Source: an uncultured delta proteobacterium
GTDB taxonomy: Bacteria > Myxococcota > Kuafuiibacteriia > Kuafuiibacteriales > Kuafuiibacteriaceae
Direction of reading: 5' to 3'
Length of the DNA: 64,000 nt
Assembly (NCBI GenBank): GCA_963803435.1
Contig: CAWDML010000009.1
Coordinates: forward strand, 32,001-96,000
Shown here: positions 28,656 to 37,598 of the stretch, one piece after another
Layout: every line of letters starts with the position of its first letter
Numbering within the stretch: position 1 is the first letter of the stretch
Notes under the pieces: model-generated
Database searches by the model: none
The model's input: the letters and a program-made list of their open reading frames with translations, nothing else
Told to the model about the DNA's origin: nothing
Translations under genes and position numbers: made by a program

Positions 28656-29202
28656 GCCGCAGGGCTGCCGGCGGGATCGGATCGGACAGCACGATCCGCG
28701 GGTCGGCGCTCCGATAGAACCCGGCGCCGGCGGCGCGCGCCTCCTCCACCAGCACCTCGAGCAGCGCCACGTCGGCGCTCTTGCGCCGCGCGGCCTCGAT
28801 CGTGATCGCACGATCGTAGGAGAGGTGGACCTTCTGCCGCGACATCGGCTGCAACCCGTCCTGCAGGATCGCATCGACGGCGACGCGGGGCGCGCCGTGA
28901 TAGAGCGGCGCCTTCGGGACCACCGGGTCGAGCTCGGCGATGGGGATGCTGTGTCCGTGCCCGGCGCGCACGTAGTCGCCCTCGAGCTCGAAACGTCGCT
29001 TCTGCTCACCGAAGGCGGGCTCGGCCAGCTCCTCGAGATCGAAGGCGGTCACGGTGAAGCCCAGGGCTGCGGTGGCCGCCTGGACCACCGCCTCCACCGG
29101 CGCGGCGCCCCGCGGATCGAGCGTGAGGCCCGCGTCCTCCGGCGTGTGGCGGAGGATGTAGGAGAGATACTTCGAGAGGCGTCGCCTGCGTTCAGCGTCC
29201 AC
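28627..29202 (-). CDS. kptA: RNA 2'-phosphotransferase (Tpt1/KptA)
   Basis: LSKYLSYILRH, KRRFE, VRAGHGHS, LYHG and GLQPMSRQKVHLS motifs. Confidence 0.93.
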   Translation of the reverse strand: MDAERRRRLSKYLSYILRHTPEDAGLTLDPRGAAPVEAVVQAATAALGFTVTAFDLEELAEPAFGEQKRRFELEGDYVRAGHGHSIPIAELDPVVPKAPLYHGAPRVAVDAILQDGLQPMSRQKVHLSYDRAITIEAARRKSADVALLEVLVEEARAAGAGFYRSADPRIVLSDPIPPAALRLIAREDTRR

Positions 29203-30151
29203 GTCGTCGGCTCCACACTACGGCGGCGAGCAACCCGATCACCAGCGCGGGCGTGCCCGCCGAGCGCCTGCGCCGCGAGCACGTCGAGCACCCGCACCCG
29301 GAGGCCGCGCCGCTCGGCTCGGGTGACGTCGAGACGGCGGCGTCGCGGAGGCCGGGTCCGGCGTCGGGCCGCGGGTCGGCGTCGCGTACGCCGGCGTCGC
29401 GACCCGGGATGAAGTGGGTGATCAGGAGGAAGTATTTGCAGTAGGCCGTGAAGCTCCCAGTGTCGTCGGTGATCACCGCGCGAACGGTCCAGTCCATCTC
29501 CGGGAGGTCGTGCGTGTCCCAGACGAACGCGCCGGTGCTGGTCGCGGCGAGGCCGTCGGCGATCACGGTGAAGTCGGAGCCGTCGAGCGTGGTGCCGGCC
29601 TCCAGTCGAACGGTCGCCGGCCCGTTGGGCGCGAACGTCTCGTAGCGAAGCTCGTAGTGATCGTCCGAGTAGCTGATGTTGGTGCTAGGTCGAGTGATCC
29701 GAATCGATGGGCCGATCGGATCGCCGGCGTGCTGAACGTTGATCGGCGCCGGGGAGAAGCTGATGTAGATCGGCGATACGATCGGCTCCGGGGGATCGTT
29801 GACGCGCGACCAGATCCAGTAGGTCCCGGACGGCAGCGCGCGCGTGTCCCAGACCAGCTCGTCGGTCGTGTCGTACTCCGGAATGCCCTGGGCGATCGGC
29901 GTGCCGGTCAGCGTGCTCGGGATGGCGCCGAGGAAGAAGGTCGGGGGCATCTGTTCGACGTAGTAGAGGTCGACGGTGGCGGTGCCCGTCGGGATGGGAC
30001 GGTCTGCGTCGATCCACGTGATCACGAAGTCGGTGTCCGCCGTCGTCCCGAGCAGGTCGGGCGAGGTGACCTTCGCCTCCGCCGGATTTCCGCCGTGGGC
30101 GTAGGCGAGCCCAGGTACGGCGGCGGCGAGGATCCCGAACAGAATCCTCAT
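29192..30151 (-). CDS. Exported Ig-like protein with MYXO-CTERM-like tail
   Basis: Signal peptide (AYA-HGG), two beta-sandwich-like repeats with WDT, then a GCGC + hydrophobic + RRR tail. Confidence 0.75.
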   Translation of the reverse strand: MRILFGILAAAVPGLAYAHGGNPAEAKVTSPDLLGTTADTDFVITWIDADRPIPTGTATVDLYYVEQMPPTFFLGAIPSTLTGTPIAQGIPEYDTTDELVWDTRALPSGTYWIWSRVNDPPEPIVSPIYISFSPAPINVQHAGDPIGPSIRITRPSTNISYSDDHYELRYETFAPNGPATVRLEAGTTLDGSDFTVIADGLAATSTGAFVWDTHDLPEMDWTVRAVITDDTGSFTAYCKYFLLITHFIPGRDAGVRDADPRPDAGPGLRDAAVSTSPEPSGAASGCGCSTCSRRRRSAGTPALVIGLLAAVVWSRRRGR

Positions 30152-30197
30152 GGCGGGGACTGTACCTGTTCGCCGCGCAGGCTTGACACCGAATACT

Positions 30198-30216
30198 GAT
30201 TATGATTCTCATTCTC
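30198..30216. promoter_or_regulatory. Fur box
   Basis: GATTATGATTCTCATTCTC matches GATAATGATAATCATTATC at 15/19 positions; TTGACA at 30183-30188. Confidence 0.8.
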
Positions 30217-30220
30217 ATTA

Positions 30221-31378
30221 ATGATGCGGGGCGCATGGGTGGGGCTGATGGGCGTGCTGGTCGCTTGTGGCGGCTCAGAACCGGCTCCGGGCGATCTGAT
30301 CGTCGTCTCCGAGGACGCGTTCGGGGTGCCGGTGGCCGGGCTCGACCGCGAGATGCGGGATCGCTTCGACCTGGGGGATGCGCGCTTCGAGACCAGCCTG
30401 CGTCCGGCCCAGGGCCTCGGCCCCCTGTATATCCGCTCGGCGTGCTCCGCCTGCCACCGCGGCGACGGCAAGGGTCCGGGCGGTGTCACGAAGATGGTGC
30501 TGGTCGAGCCCGACGGCGTGACGCCGAAGGCGGATCAGTCGGCGCTGGCGTTCGGCCACACCGTGCGCCCCGAGCTCGCGGCCGGAGCGACCATCCCCAT
30601 CGACGCGCCCGAGGTCGACGGCATCAAGGTCAGCCGTCGGATCGGTCCGGCGGTCGTGGGGCGGGGCGCGATGGAGGCGATCGCAGACGAAGAGATCGAG
30701 CGGATCGAGGCCGAGCAGCGCGCGCGGGGCGACGCGATCCATGGGCGAATCAATCGGATCGATGGAAGGATCGGACGATTCGGCGTGAAGGCGAGGATCG
30801 TGACCGTCGAGGACTTCGTCGCCGACGCCTACCAGGGTGACATGGGGATGACGTCGCCCATCCGTCCCGACGAGCTCGAGAATCCGGAGGGGCTCGTCGA
30901 TGACGACAAGCCCGGCGTCGATCTCGAGCTCGAGACGTTGGAGCTGGTCGCCGACTACGTGCGGCTGCTCGCGATTCCGCGCCGCGCCTCCACCGATGCG
31001 GCAGCACAGGAGCTCTTCGATCGGATCTGCGCGTCGTGCCACGTGCCGTCGCTGAGGACGGACGATGACTACCCGATCGCTGCGCTCGCCGGGATCGACG
31101 CTCCGGTCTACACGGATCTCTTGGTCCACGACATGGGAGGGGACCTGGCCGACGGCCTCGCGGAGCAGGGGGCCGGGCCGCGCGACTGGCGTACGGCGCC
31201 GTTGATCGGGCTGCGCCATCAGAAGACGTACTTACACGACGGGAGAGCCGCGACGGTGGAAGAGGCGATCCTGATGCACGAGGGCGAAGGGTCGGAGGCG
31301 AACGATGCGGTGGCGGCGTTCGAGGCGCTCGGCGACGATGATCGCGTTCGCCTCCTCGAGCTCGTCGGCTCGCTTTGA
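30221..31378 (+). CDS. Di-haem oxidoreductase family lipoprotein (DHOR/DUF1111)
   Basis: GLGPLY, CSACH, GRFG.KA, CASCH, YTDLLVHDMG, WRTAPL.GL and YLHDGRA motifs. Confidence 0.92.
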   Translation: MMRGAWVGLMGVLVACGGSEPAPGDLIVVSEDAFGVPVAGLDREMRDRFDLGDARFETSLRPAQGLGPLYIRSACSACHRGDGKGPGGVTKMVLVEPDGVTPKADQSALAFGHTVRPELAAGATIPIDAPEVDGIKVSRRIGPAVVGRGAMEAIADEEIERIEAEQRARGDAIHGRINRIDGRIGRFGVKARIVTVEDFVADAYQGDMGMTSPIRPDELENPEGLVDDDKPGVDLELETLELVADYVRLLAIPRRASTDAAAQELFDRICASCHVPSLRTDDDYPIAALAGIDAPVYTDLLVHDMGGDLADGLAEQGAGPRDWRTAPLIGLRHQKTYLHDGRAATVEEAILMHEGEGSEANDAVAAFEALGDDDRVRLLELVGSL

Positions 31379-31393
31379 TCACACGGAGGCCAT

Positions 31394-32428
31394 GTGCGGT
31401 TGGATAGGCTAAATCTCTTCGCGTCGGTGCTGCTCCTCAGCGCTTGTGGCAGCGGTACGCCGGACGAGGCGGAGCTGGAGCAGCGGGCGCTCTCCGGCGT
31501 GAAGAAGGACGTCCAGACTGAGCTCGACAACCTCCACGCCGCTGCGGTCGCCCTTCAGGCCGCAGCACCGGCGCCCGACGCGGACGGCTGGAACGCGCAG
31601 GCGGACCCCGCGGCGGTCGCGGCGATGAAGACCGAGTGGGCCAAGGCGCGGGTCGCGTACGAGCGGGTCGAGGGCGCGATCGCGGTGCTCTTCCCCAATC
31701 TCGACGTCTCGACCGACGAGCGCTACGACGGCTTCCTCGAAGCCGGCGGGGACGACGACCTCTTCGACGGCGAGGGCGTGACCGGCATCCATGCGATCGA
31801 GCGGATCCTCTGGGCGGACAGTATCCCTCCCGAGGTCCTCGCGTTCGAGGAGTCGCTCCCCGGCTATCGCGCGGCCGCGTTCCCGGCGACGCAGGCGGAG
31901 GCGGAGGCGTTCAAGAACGAGCTGGCCGCCCGGCTGGTGGACGACACGCAGACGATGGTGGACGGCTTCGCGCCGCTCGCGCTCGATCCGGCGACCGCCT
32001 ACCGCGGCGTGATCGGTTCGATGGAGGAGCAGGTGGAGAAGGTGTCGCTCGCGTCGACCGGAGAGTCCGAGTCGCGCTATGCGAACCACACGCTGGCCGA
32101 CATGCGCGCGAATCTCGAGGGTGCCACGATCATCTACGCCCGCTTCTCGGCCTGGCTCGACAGCAAGGGCGGCGCGGATCTCGATATGCAGATCGAGGCG
32201 GCGTTCGCAGAGGTTCAGGCCGAGTACGCGAGCCACAGCGGCGACGCGATCCCGCCGGTGCCGGCCTCGTGGAACCCGGACGATCCCAGCGAGGCCGATC
32301 TGGCGACTGACTACGGGAAGCTGTGGACGCTCCTCAGCGACACCACCGATTCGACGAACCCGGGCTCCCTGGTCTCATTGATGAGCAGGGGCGGAGACCT
32401 CCTCGGGATCCCGTCCCTCCCGGAGTGA
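31394..32428 (+). CDS. Imelysin / EfeO-EfeM (M75) family lipoprotein
   Basis: Lipobox LSAC; W..AR..YERVE, TGIHAIERILW (HxxE) and ESRYA..TLAD..AN motifs. Confidence 0.88.
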   Translation: MRLDRLNLFASVLLLSACGSGTPDEAELEQRALSGVKKDVQTELDNLHAAAVALQAAAPAPDADGWNAQADPAAVAAMKTEWAKARVAYERVEGAIAVLFPNLDVSTDERYDGFLEAGGDDDLFDGEGVTGIHAIERILWADSIPPEVLAFEESLPGYRAAAFPATQAEAEAFKNELAARLVDDTQTMVDGFAPLALDPATAYRGVIGSMEEQVEKVSLASTGESESRYANHTLADMRANLEGATIIYARFSAWLDSKGGADLDMQIEAAFAEVQAEYASHSGDAIPPVPASWNPDDPSEADLATDYGKLWTLLSDTTDSTNPGSLVSLMSRGGDLLGIPSLPE

Positions 32429-32432
32429 TGCT

Positions 32433-32975
32433 GTGCGCCGCTCCTGGATTGTGCTGGCGCCGGTCCTCACCGGATGTCTCGACTACGCGCTCGCGCCGGA
32501 AGATCCGGGGACGCCGAGCGTCTTCATCGCCCTTCAGCGAGACTTCGGCCCGCTCGAGAGCTGGCCGACGTACGATCTCGGCGACGCGCCGCTCGAAGGG
32601 CACCCGCCCGGCCACAGGATCGCCCACCTCAGCCGGACGCCGGCGCCCAACAGCGCCGCCTTCCCGGTGGGGACGATCATCGCGAAGTCGATCCAGCCCT
32701 CGGAGGATCCGTCGACCTGGCTGATCCACGCCATGGTGAAGCGCGGCGGCGACTACAATCGGAGCGGCGCCCACGGCTGGGAGTGGTTCGAGCTCCAGCT
32801 CGACCAGCGCCGCGTCCCCGTCATCGTGTGGCGCGGCGAGAAGCCTCCGAACGGCGAGAACTACGGATGTCTCGCCTCCAACTGCGACGACGCGCCCGAC
32901 TGCAACCAGTGCCACCAGGCCGCCGTATCCAACGACTTCGTCATGAGCGACCTGCTCCGCCTCTCGGACTTCTGA
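32433..32975 (+). CDS. Monohaem cytochrome c lipoprotein (cytochrome P460-like pattern)
   Basis: Lipobox LTGC; FPVGTIIAK, MVKRGG and GWEWF motifs; C-terminal CNQCH. Confidence 0.72.
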   Translation: MRRSWIVLAPVLTGCLDYALAPEDPGTPSVFIALQRDFGPLESWPTYDLGDAPLEGHPPGHRIAHLSRTPAPNSAAFPVGTIIAKSIQPSEDPSTWLIHAMVKRGGDYNRSGAHGWEWFELQLDQRRVPVIVWRGEKPPNGENYGCLASNCDDAPDCNQCHQAAVSNDFVMSDLLRLSDF

Positions 32976-32979
32976 TCCC

Positions 32980-34288
32980 ATGAATCCACTTTCGATCGCC
33001 CTCGTCCTCGCCGGGACCGCCACGGCCTCGCCCGACGGCCCTTTCCTCGATGTTGGCGGCGCCGACCTCGGTGTCACCCGGACCGCGACGGCGCCGTCGA
33101 GCGGGCCGATCCTCAGCCTCGGTACCGGCGACGTCGACGACACCGCGCTGGTGCGCGGGCTTCAGGAGCAGCGCCTCCACGGCTCGGGGACGGTGGTGGG
33201 GAGCTACGGCCAGTTCAACCTCTCCTATCTGGCCTCGGGGCGGGACGCGCCCTACGTCGGCACCGCGACGTTGCGGCGGCTGGTCCTGTTTCTGGCGCAC
33301 AACTTCGGCGATCAGCTCCGCGGGTACGTCGAGGCCGAGTGGGAGAACGCGATCGCGTGCTCCGGCTGCAGCGGCTCGGTGGAGGTCGAGCAGGCCTTCG
33401 TCGACTGGCGCCTGTTCGACTCGGACGAGGCCGTCCTGCGCGCCGGCCTGGTGCTGATGCCGGTCGGGATCATCAACCAGTGGCACGAGCCGCCCGTCTT
33501 CCACGGCGTCGAGCGCCCGAGCGTGGACACGCTGGTCATCCCCACCACCTGGCGCGAGCTCGGGATTGGATTCACGGGATCGCTGTTCGATCTGATGCGG
33601 TACGAGATCTACGTTTCGACGGCGCCGAACGCGATCGATCTGGGACCCAGCTTGCTGGCCGGTTCGCTGGCGCAGGGCTCGCTCGCGCCCGCCAACGGGT
33701 GGATGATCTCGGCGCGCGCCGAGGTCGAGCCGTTGCTCGGGTTCGTGGTGGGCCTGTCCCTGGTGGGCGGTGATCTGGGCGGCGGCGGCGGTCGCTTCTT
33801 CGACGTCGATGGGATCGCGGAGGATCTCGCGCTCCCGCTCTTCGGCGGCAGCCTCGACGCCCGCTGGCGGCGGGGCGGGATCGAGGTCCGCGCGATCGGG
33901 ACAGCGTTCTGGTTCCCGAAGGCCGAGGACCTGCTCGCCGCGCACCGTGGCGACGGCAGCCTCTACTTCCCAGATCCGGCGTCGTCGGGCGTGGTGCCCA
34001 GGTTCGAGTACGGCGCCTACGTGGAGGTGGCGTACGACGTGCTCCACGAGCTCGACACCGGCGGCCACCAGCTGCTCCCGTTCGTGCGCCTCGAGCGCTA
34101 CGACACGCAGGCGCGCCTCCCCAACGGGTTCTCGCCGGACAAGGCGTTTCGCGCGACGGAGTGGACGTTCGGGCTCTCGTATCGACCGGTCCAGCAGGTG
34201 GTGTTCAAGGTCGATTACCTGCTCCGCGATCGGGACCTCGGCCTCGACGAGAAGGGGCTCGATTCTGGGCCTCGGCTACATGTTCTGA
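32980..34288 (+). CDS. Outer-membrane porin-like beta-barrel (frameshift near 34260)
   Basis: RRLVLF, VEVEQAFVD, PVGIINQWHEPPVFHGVERP and IPTTWRELG motifs. Natural end ILGLGYMF* lies in the adjacent frame. Confidence 0.82.
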
Positions 34289-35487
34289 GCCTCGAACACC
34301 AGCACCTCGACGGCGTCGCCCTCGGCGGCGGCGGGCGCGTGCGGCGGTCGGATCAGCAGGCCGTCCGAGCGGGCCAAGAGGTGCAGCATCGAGCTGTCCT
34401 GCTCCAAAAACGGCGTGGCGACCAGGCCGAGCTCGCTCTCGCCGAGCCGCACGCGCAGGTAGTCTTGCCGGGCGTCGTTGGCGGGAAGCGGTGCGCCGGC
34501 CCGGGCCGTGCGGATCGGGGCGCGGGTGTCGGTCCGCCCGCGCATGCGCTGGAGCGCGGGGCGAAGGAACAGCCAGGCGCAGACGAGGGACGAGACCGGG
34601 TTGCCGGGGAGGCCGAGGAAGGGCGTGCCGCGGAGGTGGCCGAAGATCAGCGGCTTGCCCGGGCGCATCGCGACCTTCCAGAAGTCGAGCTTCAGACCGT
34701 CGTCGCCGAGCACGGAGCGGATCAGGTCGTGATCGCCGACCGACGCGCCGCCGGTGGTGACCAGCATGTCGACGCCGAGCGCGCCGCGGGCCGCCGCCAA
34801 GAGACCGGCGCGATCGTCCGGCGCGATGCCGAGATCGACGGCCTCGCCACCCCAGGCCTCGACGTGGGCCTGGAGCCCGTAGGTGCTGGAGGCGACAATC
34901 TGCTCGGGGGAGAGCGGCTCGCCGGGCCGGCCCAGCTCGTCGCCGGTGGCGAGGATGGCGACGCGCGGGCGCCGGTGCACCCGTACCCAGGGACAGTCGA
35001 CGCCGGCGGCAATCGCCACGTGCCGCGGGGCGAGCAACGCGCCCGGCTCGAGGATTGTTCGGCCCTGCTCCACGTCGAGGCCTCGCCTCCGGATGAAGGC
35101 TCCGGCCCGGCAGGCGGTCCCGACGCGGATACGGCCGGGCCTCAGCACCTCGACGTCCTCCTGCATCACGACGGCGTCCGCGCCGGACGGCATGCGTGCG
35201 CCGGTGAAGATGCGGATCGCGAGGCCCTTCGCGACGGAGAGCCCTTCGGGTGCATGTCCGGCAGCGGACTCGCCGGCGACGTCGAGCTCGGTCGGTGGGC
35301 GGGCGAGGTCCTCGGCCCGGACCGCGTAGCCGTCCATCGCGGACACGTCGAAGGGCGGGTTGGTGCGGCGCGAAACGACCGGTTCGGCGAGGACCCGCCC
35401 GCACGCGTGCCGCACCGAGATCCACTCGGACGGCGTCGGCTCGACACCGGCCAGAATCCTTTGAAGAGCCTCCTCGACGGGAATCAC
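34276..35487 (-). CDS. moeA: Molybdopterin molybdotransferase
   Basis: PPFDVSAMDGYA, RIFTGA, ATGDEL, TTGGASVGDHD, MRPGKP and LPGNPVS motifs. Confidence 0.96.
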   Translation of the reverse strand: MIPVEEALQRILAGVEPTPSEWISVRHACGRVLAEPVVSRRTNPPFDVSAMDGYAVRAEDLARPPTELDVAGESAAGHAPEGLSVAKGLAIRIFTGARMPSGADAVVMQEDVEVLRPGRIRVGTACRAGAFIRRRGLDVEQGRTILEPGALLAPRHVAIAAGVDCPWVRVHRRPRVAILATGDELGRPGEPLSPEQIVASSTYGLQAHVEAWGGEAVDLGIAPDDRAGLLAAARGALGVDMLVTTGGASVGDHDLIRSVLGDDGLKLDFWKVAMRPGKPLIFGHLRGTPFLGLPGNPVSSLVCAWLFLRPALQRMRGRTDTRAPIRTARAGAPLPANDARQDYLRVRLGESELGLVATPFLEQDSSMLHLLARSDGLLIRPPHAPAAAEGDAVEVLVFEAQNM

Positions 35488-35515
35488 GCTGTCTCTCCTC
35501 CTTCCGCGACCAGGG

Positions 35516-36277
35516 CTAGAACGTGCCGTGGCGGCCCGCGCCGCCGGCGAAGCGCAATGCGCCGGCCAGGCCTTCGCGCTCCAGGGCCTCGATCCCGCCA
35601 TCGAGCTCGTTCTGGAGCGCATGCTCGAGGTCGAGGCCGAACTGTCCGTGCGCCGAGCGCCGGTCGGCGCGCATGCACACCTCCGGGAATCCGGCGATCT
35701 CGTTGGCCAGATCCTCTGCAACCTGTCTTGCGCTTCCAGCGGGCGTGACGCGGTTGACCAGCCCCATCGCGAGCGCCTCGGCGGCCGGAACCGCGCGTCC
35801 GGTCAGGATCAGGTCGAGCGCCCGCGAGAGGCCGATCAGGCGCGGCAGTCGAATCGTCCCGCCGTCGATCAGCGGGACGCCGAAGCGGCGGCAGAAGACC
35901 CCCAGCACCGCGTCGTCGGCAGCCACCCGAAGGTCACACCAGAGCGCCAGCTCGAGCCCGCCGGCCACCGCATGCCCCTCGATCGCCGCGATCACCGGCT
36001 TGTCGAGCACCATCCGCGACGGACCCATCGGACCGTCCCCCTCGCGCTCGACGCGGTTCGGCGTTCCCTCGGCGGCCGCCTTGAGATCGGCGCCGGCGCA
36101 GAACGTCCCGCCCTCTCCGAAGAGCACGCCCACCTTGGCGTCGTCGTCGTCCTCGAAGACCCGAAAGGCGTCGGCCAGCGCCTCGGCGGCGGCGCGATCG
36201 ACCGCGTTTCTCCGCTCCGGCCTCGACAAGACGACGGTGAAGACGGGGCCGTGGCGTTCGATCCGAACCGGGCTCAT
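35516..36277 (-). CDS. Enoyl-CoA hydratase/isomerase family protein
   Basis: FCAGADLK, AVAGGLELALWCDLR and GVPLIDGGT motifs. Confidence 0.94.
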   Translation of the reverse strand: MSPVRIERHGPVFTVVLSRPERRNAVDRAAAEALADAFRVFEDDDDAKVGVLFGEGGTFCAGADLKAAAEGTPNRVEREGDGPMGPSRMVLDKPVIAAIEGHAVAGGLELALWCDLRVAADDAVLGVFCRRFGVPLIDGGTIRLPRLIGLSRALDLILTGRAVPAAEALAMGLVNRVTPAGSARQVAEDLANEIAGFPEVCMRADRRSAHGQFGLDLEHALQNELDGGIEALEREGLAGALRFAGGAGRHGTF

Positions 36278-37467
36278 ACCAGCAGCTCCAGCCGTCCCGC
36301 CAGGAACTCGCGGGCGACCACGACCTCGTGGACCTCGTCGGGGCCGTCGGCGATCCGGGCCGCGCGCGCAGAGGCGTACCAGCGTGCGAAGGGGAGGTCG
36401 TGGCTGTAGCCGAGCGACCCGTGCATCTGGATGGCGTCGTCGAGCACCTTGCAGAGCAACCGGGCCACGTGGTTCTTCGTCATCGAGGAGTAGACGCGCG
36501 CCTCCCGGGCCTGCCCCGCCTCGAGCATGTGGGCGCAGTGCAACGTCATGAGGTTGCCCGCGTGGATGGCGGTCGCGTCGTCGGCGATCATGTGCTGGAG
36601 CAGCTGGTGGGCTGCGAGCGGCTTCCCGAAGCTCACGCGCTCCTCGAGGTACTTCTTGCAATGGTGCAGCGTGCGATCGGCGAGACCCAGCCACCGCATG
36701 CAGTGCGTCAAGCGGGCGGGGACGAGCCGCTGCTGCGCCAGCCGGAAGCCGTCACCGACGCGACCGAGCAACGCATCGCGCGCCACCCGGACGCCCTCGA
36801 ATCGGATCTCCGCCTCCTTGTGATCGAGGAAGTCGGGCGCCATCACCGGGACGTTGCGCACCAGGTTCACGCCCGGCGCGTGACGGTCGACGAGAAACAT
36901 GCTGGCGCCGTTCTCCCGATCGTCGGCGGTGCGCGCCATGACGATCAGGAACGACGCGGCGTCGCCCCCGGTCGTGAACCACTTGTGTCCGTCGATCACC
37001 CAGGTGTCGCCGTCGAGTGTGGCGCGCGTCCGCAGGTTCGAAGGATCGGCGCCGGCCCCCGGCGCGGGCTCGGTCATGCTGAAGCCGCTCGAGATCTGGG
37101 CGGCGGCCAGCTGCACCAGCCAGCGCTCGCGCTGTGCGGGAGACGCCGCCGACAGGAGCAGGTCCATGTTCCCCTGGTCGGGCGCGTCGCAGTTGAAGAC
37201 CTTCGCGCCGATCGGCGATCGCCCCATCTCGCGAAAGAGGGCACACATGCCCATCACGCCCAGGCCCAACCCGCCGTATGCCTCCGGGAGATGCGGGGTC
37301 CAGAGGCCGTCGGTCTTCGCGCGCGCCTGGAGCTCGCGGAGCGTGCGACGCTCGCCGCGCGCATCCTCCTCCATGACGCGGCCCTCGGCGGAGATGACGT
37401 GCGCATCGATGAACCTGCGCACACGTGCGCGAAGCGCATCGAGTTCCTGAGAGAGTTCGAATCGCAT
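36274..37467 (-). CDS. Acyl-CoA dehydrogenase
   Basis: NCDAPDQGNM, FSMTEP, GHKWFTTG, AIQMHG and RIADGPDEVH motifs. Confidence 0.95.
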   Translation of the reverse strand: MRFELSQELDALRARVRRFIDAHVISAEGRVMEEDARGERRTLRELQARAKTDGLWTPHLPEAYGGLGLGVMGMCALFREMGRSPIGAKVFNCDAPDQGNMDLLLSAASPAQRERWLVQLAAAQISSGFSMTEPAPGAGADPSNLRTRATLDGDTWVIDGHKWFTTGGDAASFLIVMARTADDRENGASMFLVDRHAPGVNLVRNVPVMAPDFLDHKEAEIRFEGVRVARDALLGRVGDGFRLAQQRLVPARLTHCMRWLGLADRTLHHCKKYLEERVSFGKPLAAHQLLQHMIADDATAIHAGNLMTLHCAHMLEAGQAREARVYSSMTKNHVARLLCKVLDDAIQMHGSLGYSHDLPFARWYASARAARIADGPDEVHEVVVAREFLAGRLELLV

Positions 37468-37598
37468 GTTGGTCCTTCGTGGCCGGAAATCCGTCCGGGC
37501 ATGGCCGTAACGTGGACGCGCGCGACGGGCAATCGCGCGTCAGGTTGACAGTTGAAAAGGTGAGATGGGAGTTTCCTCTGAGACAGGCGGGCAGTCCC

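Noticed and set aside
32980-35748. 922-aa porin fusion ORF
   Set aside because: Read-through caused by an indel near 34260; the extension is antisense to moeA.
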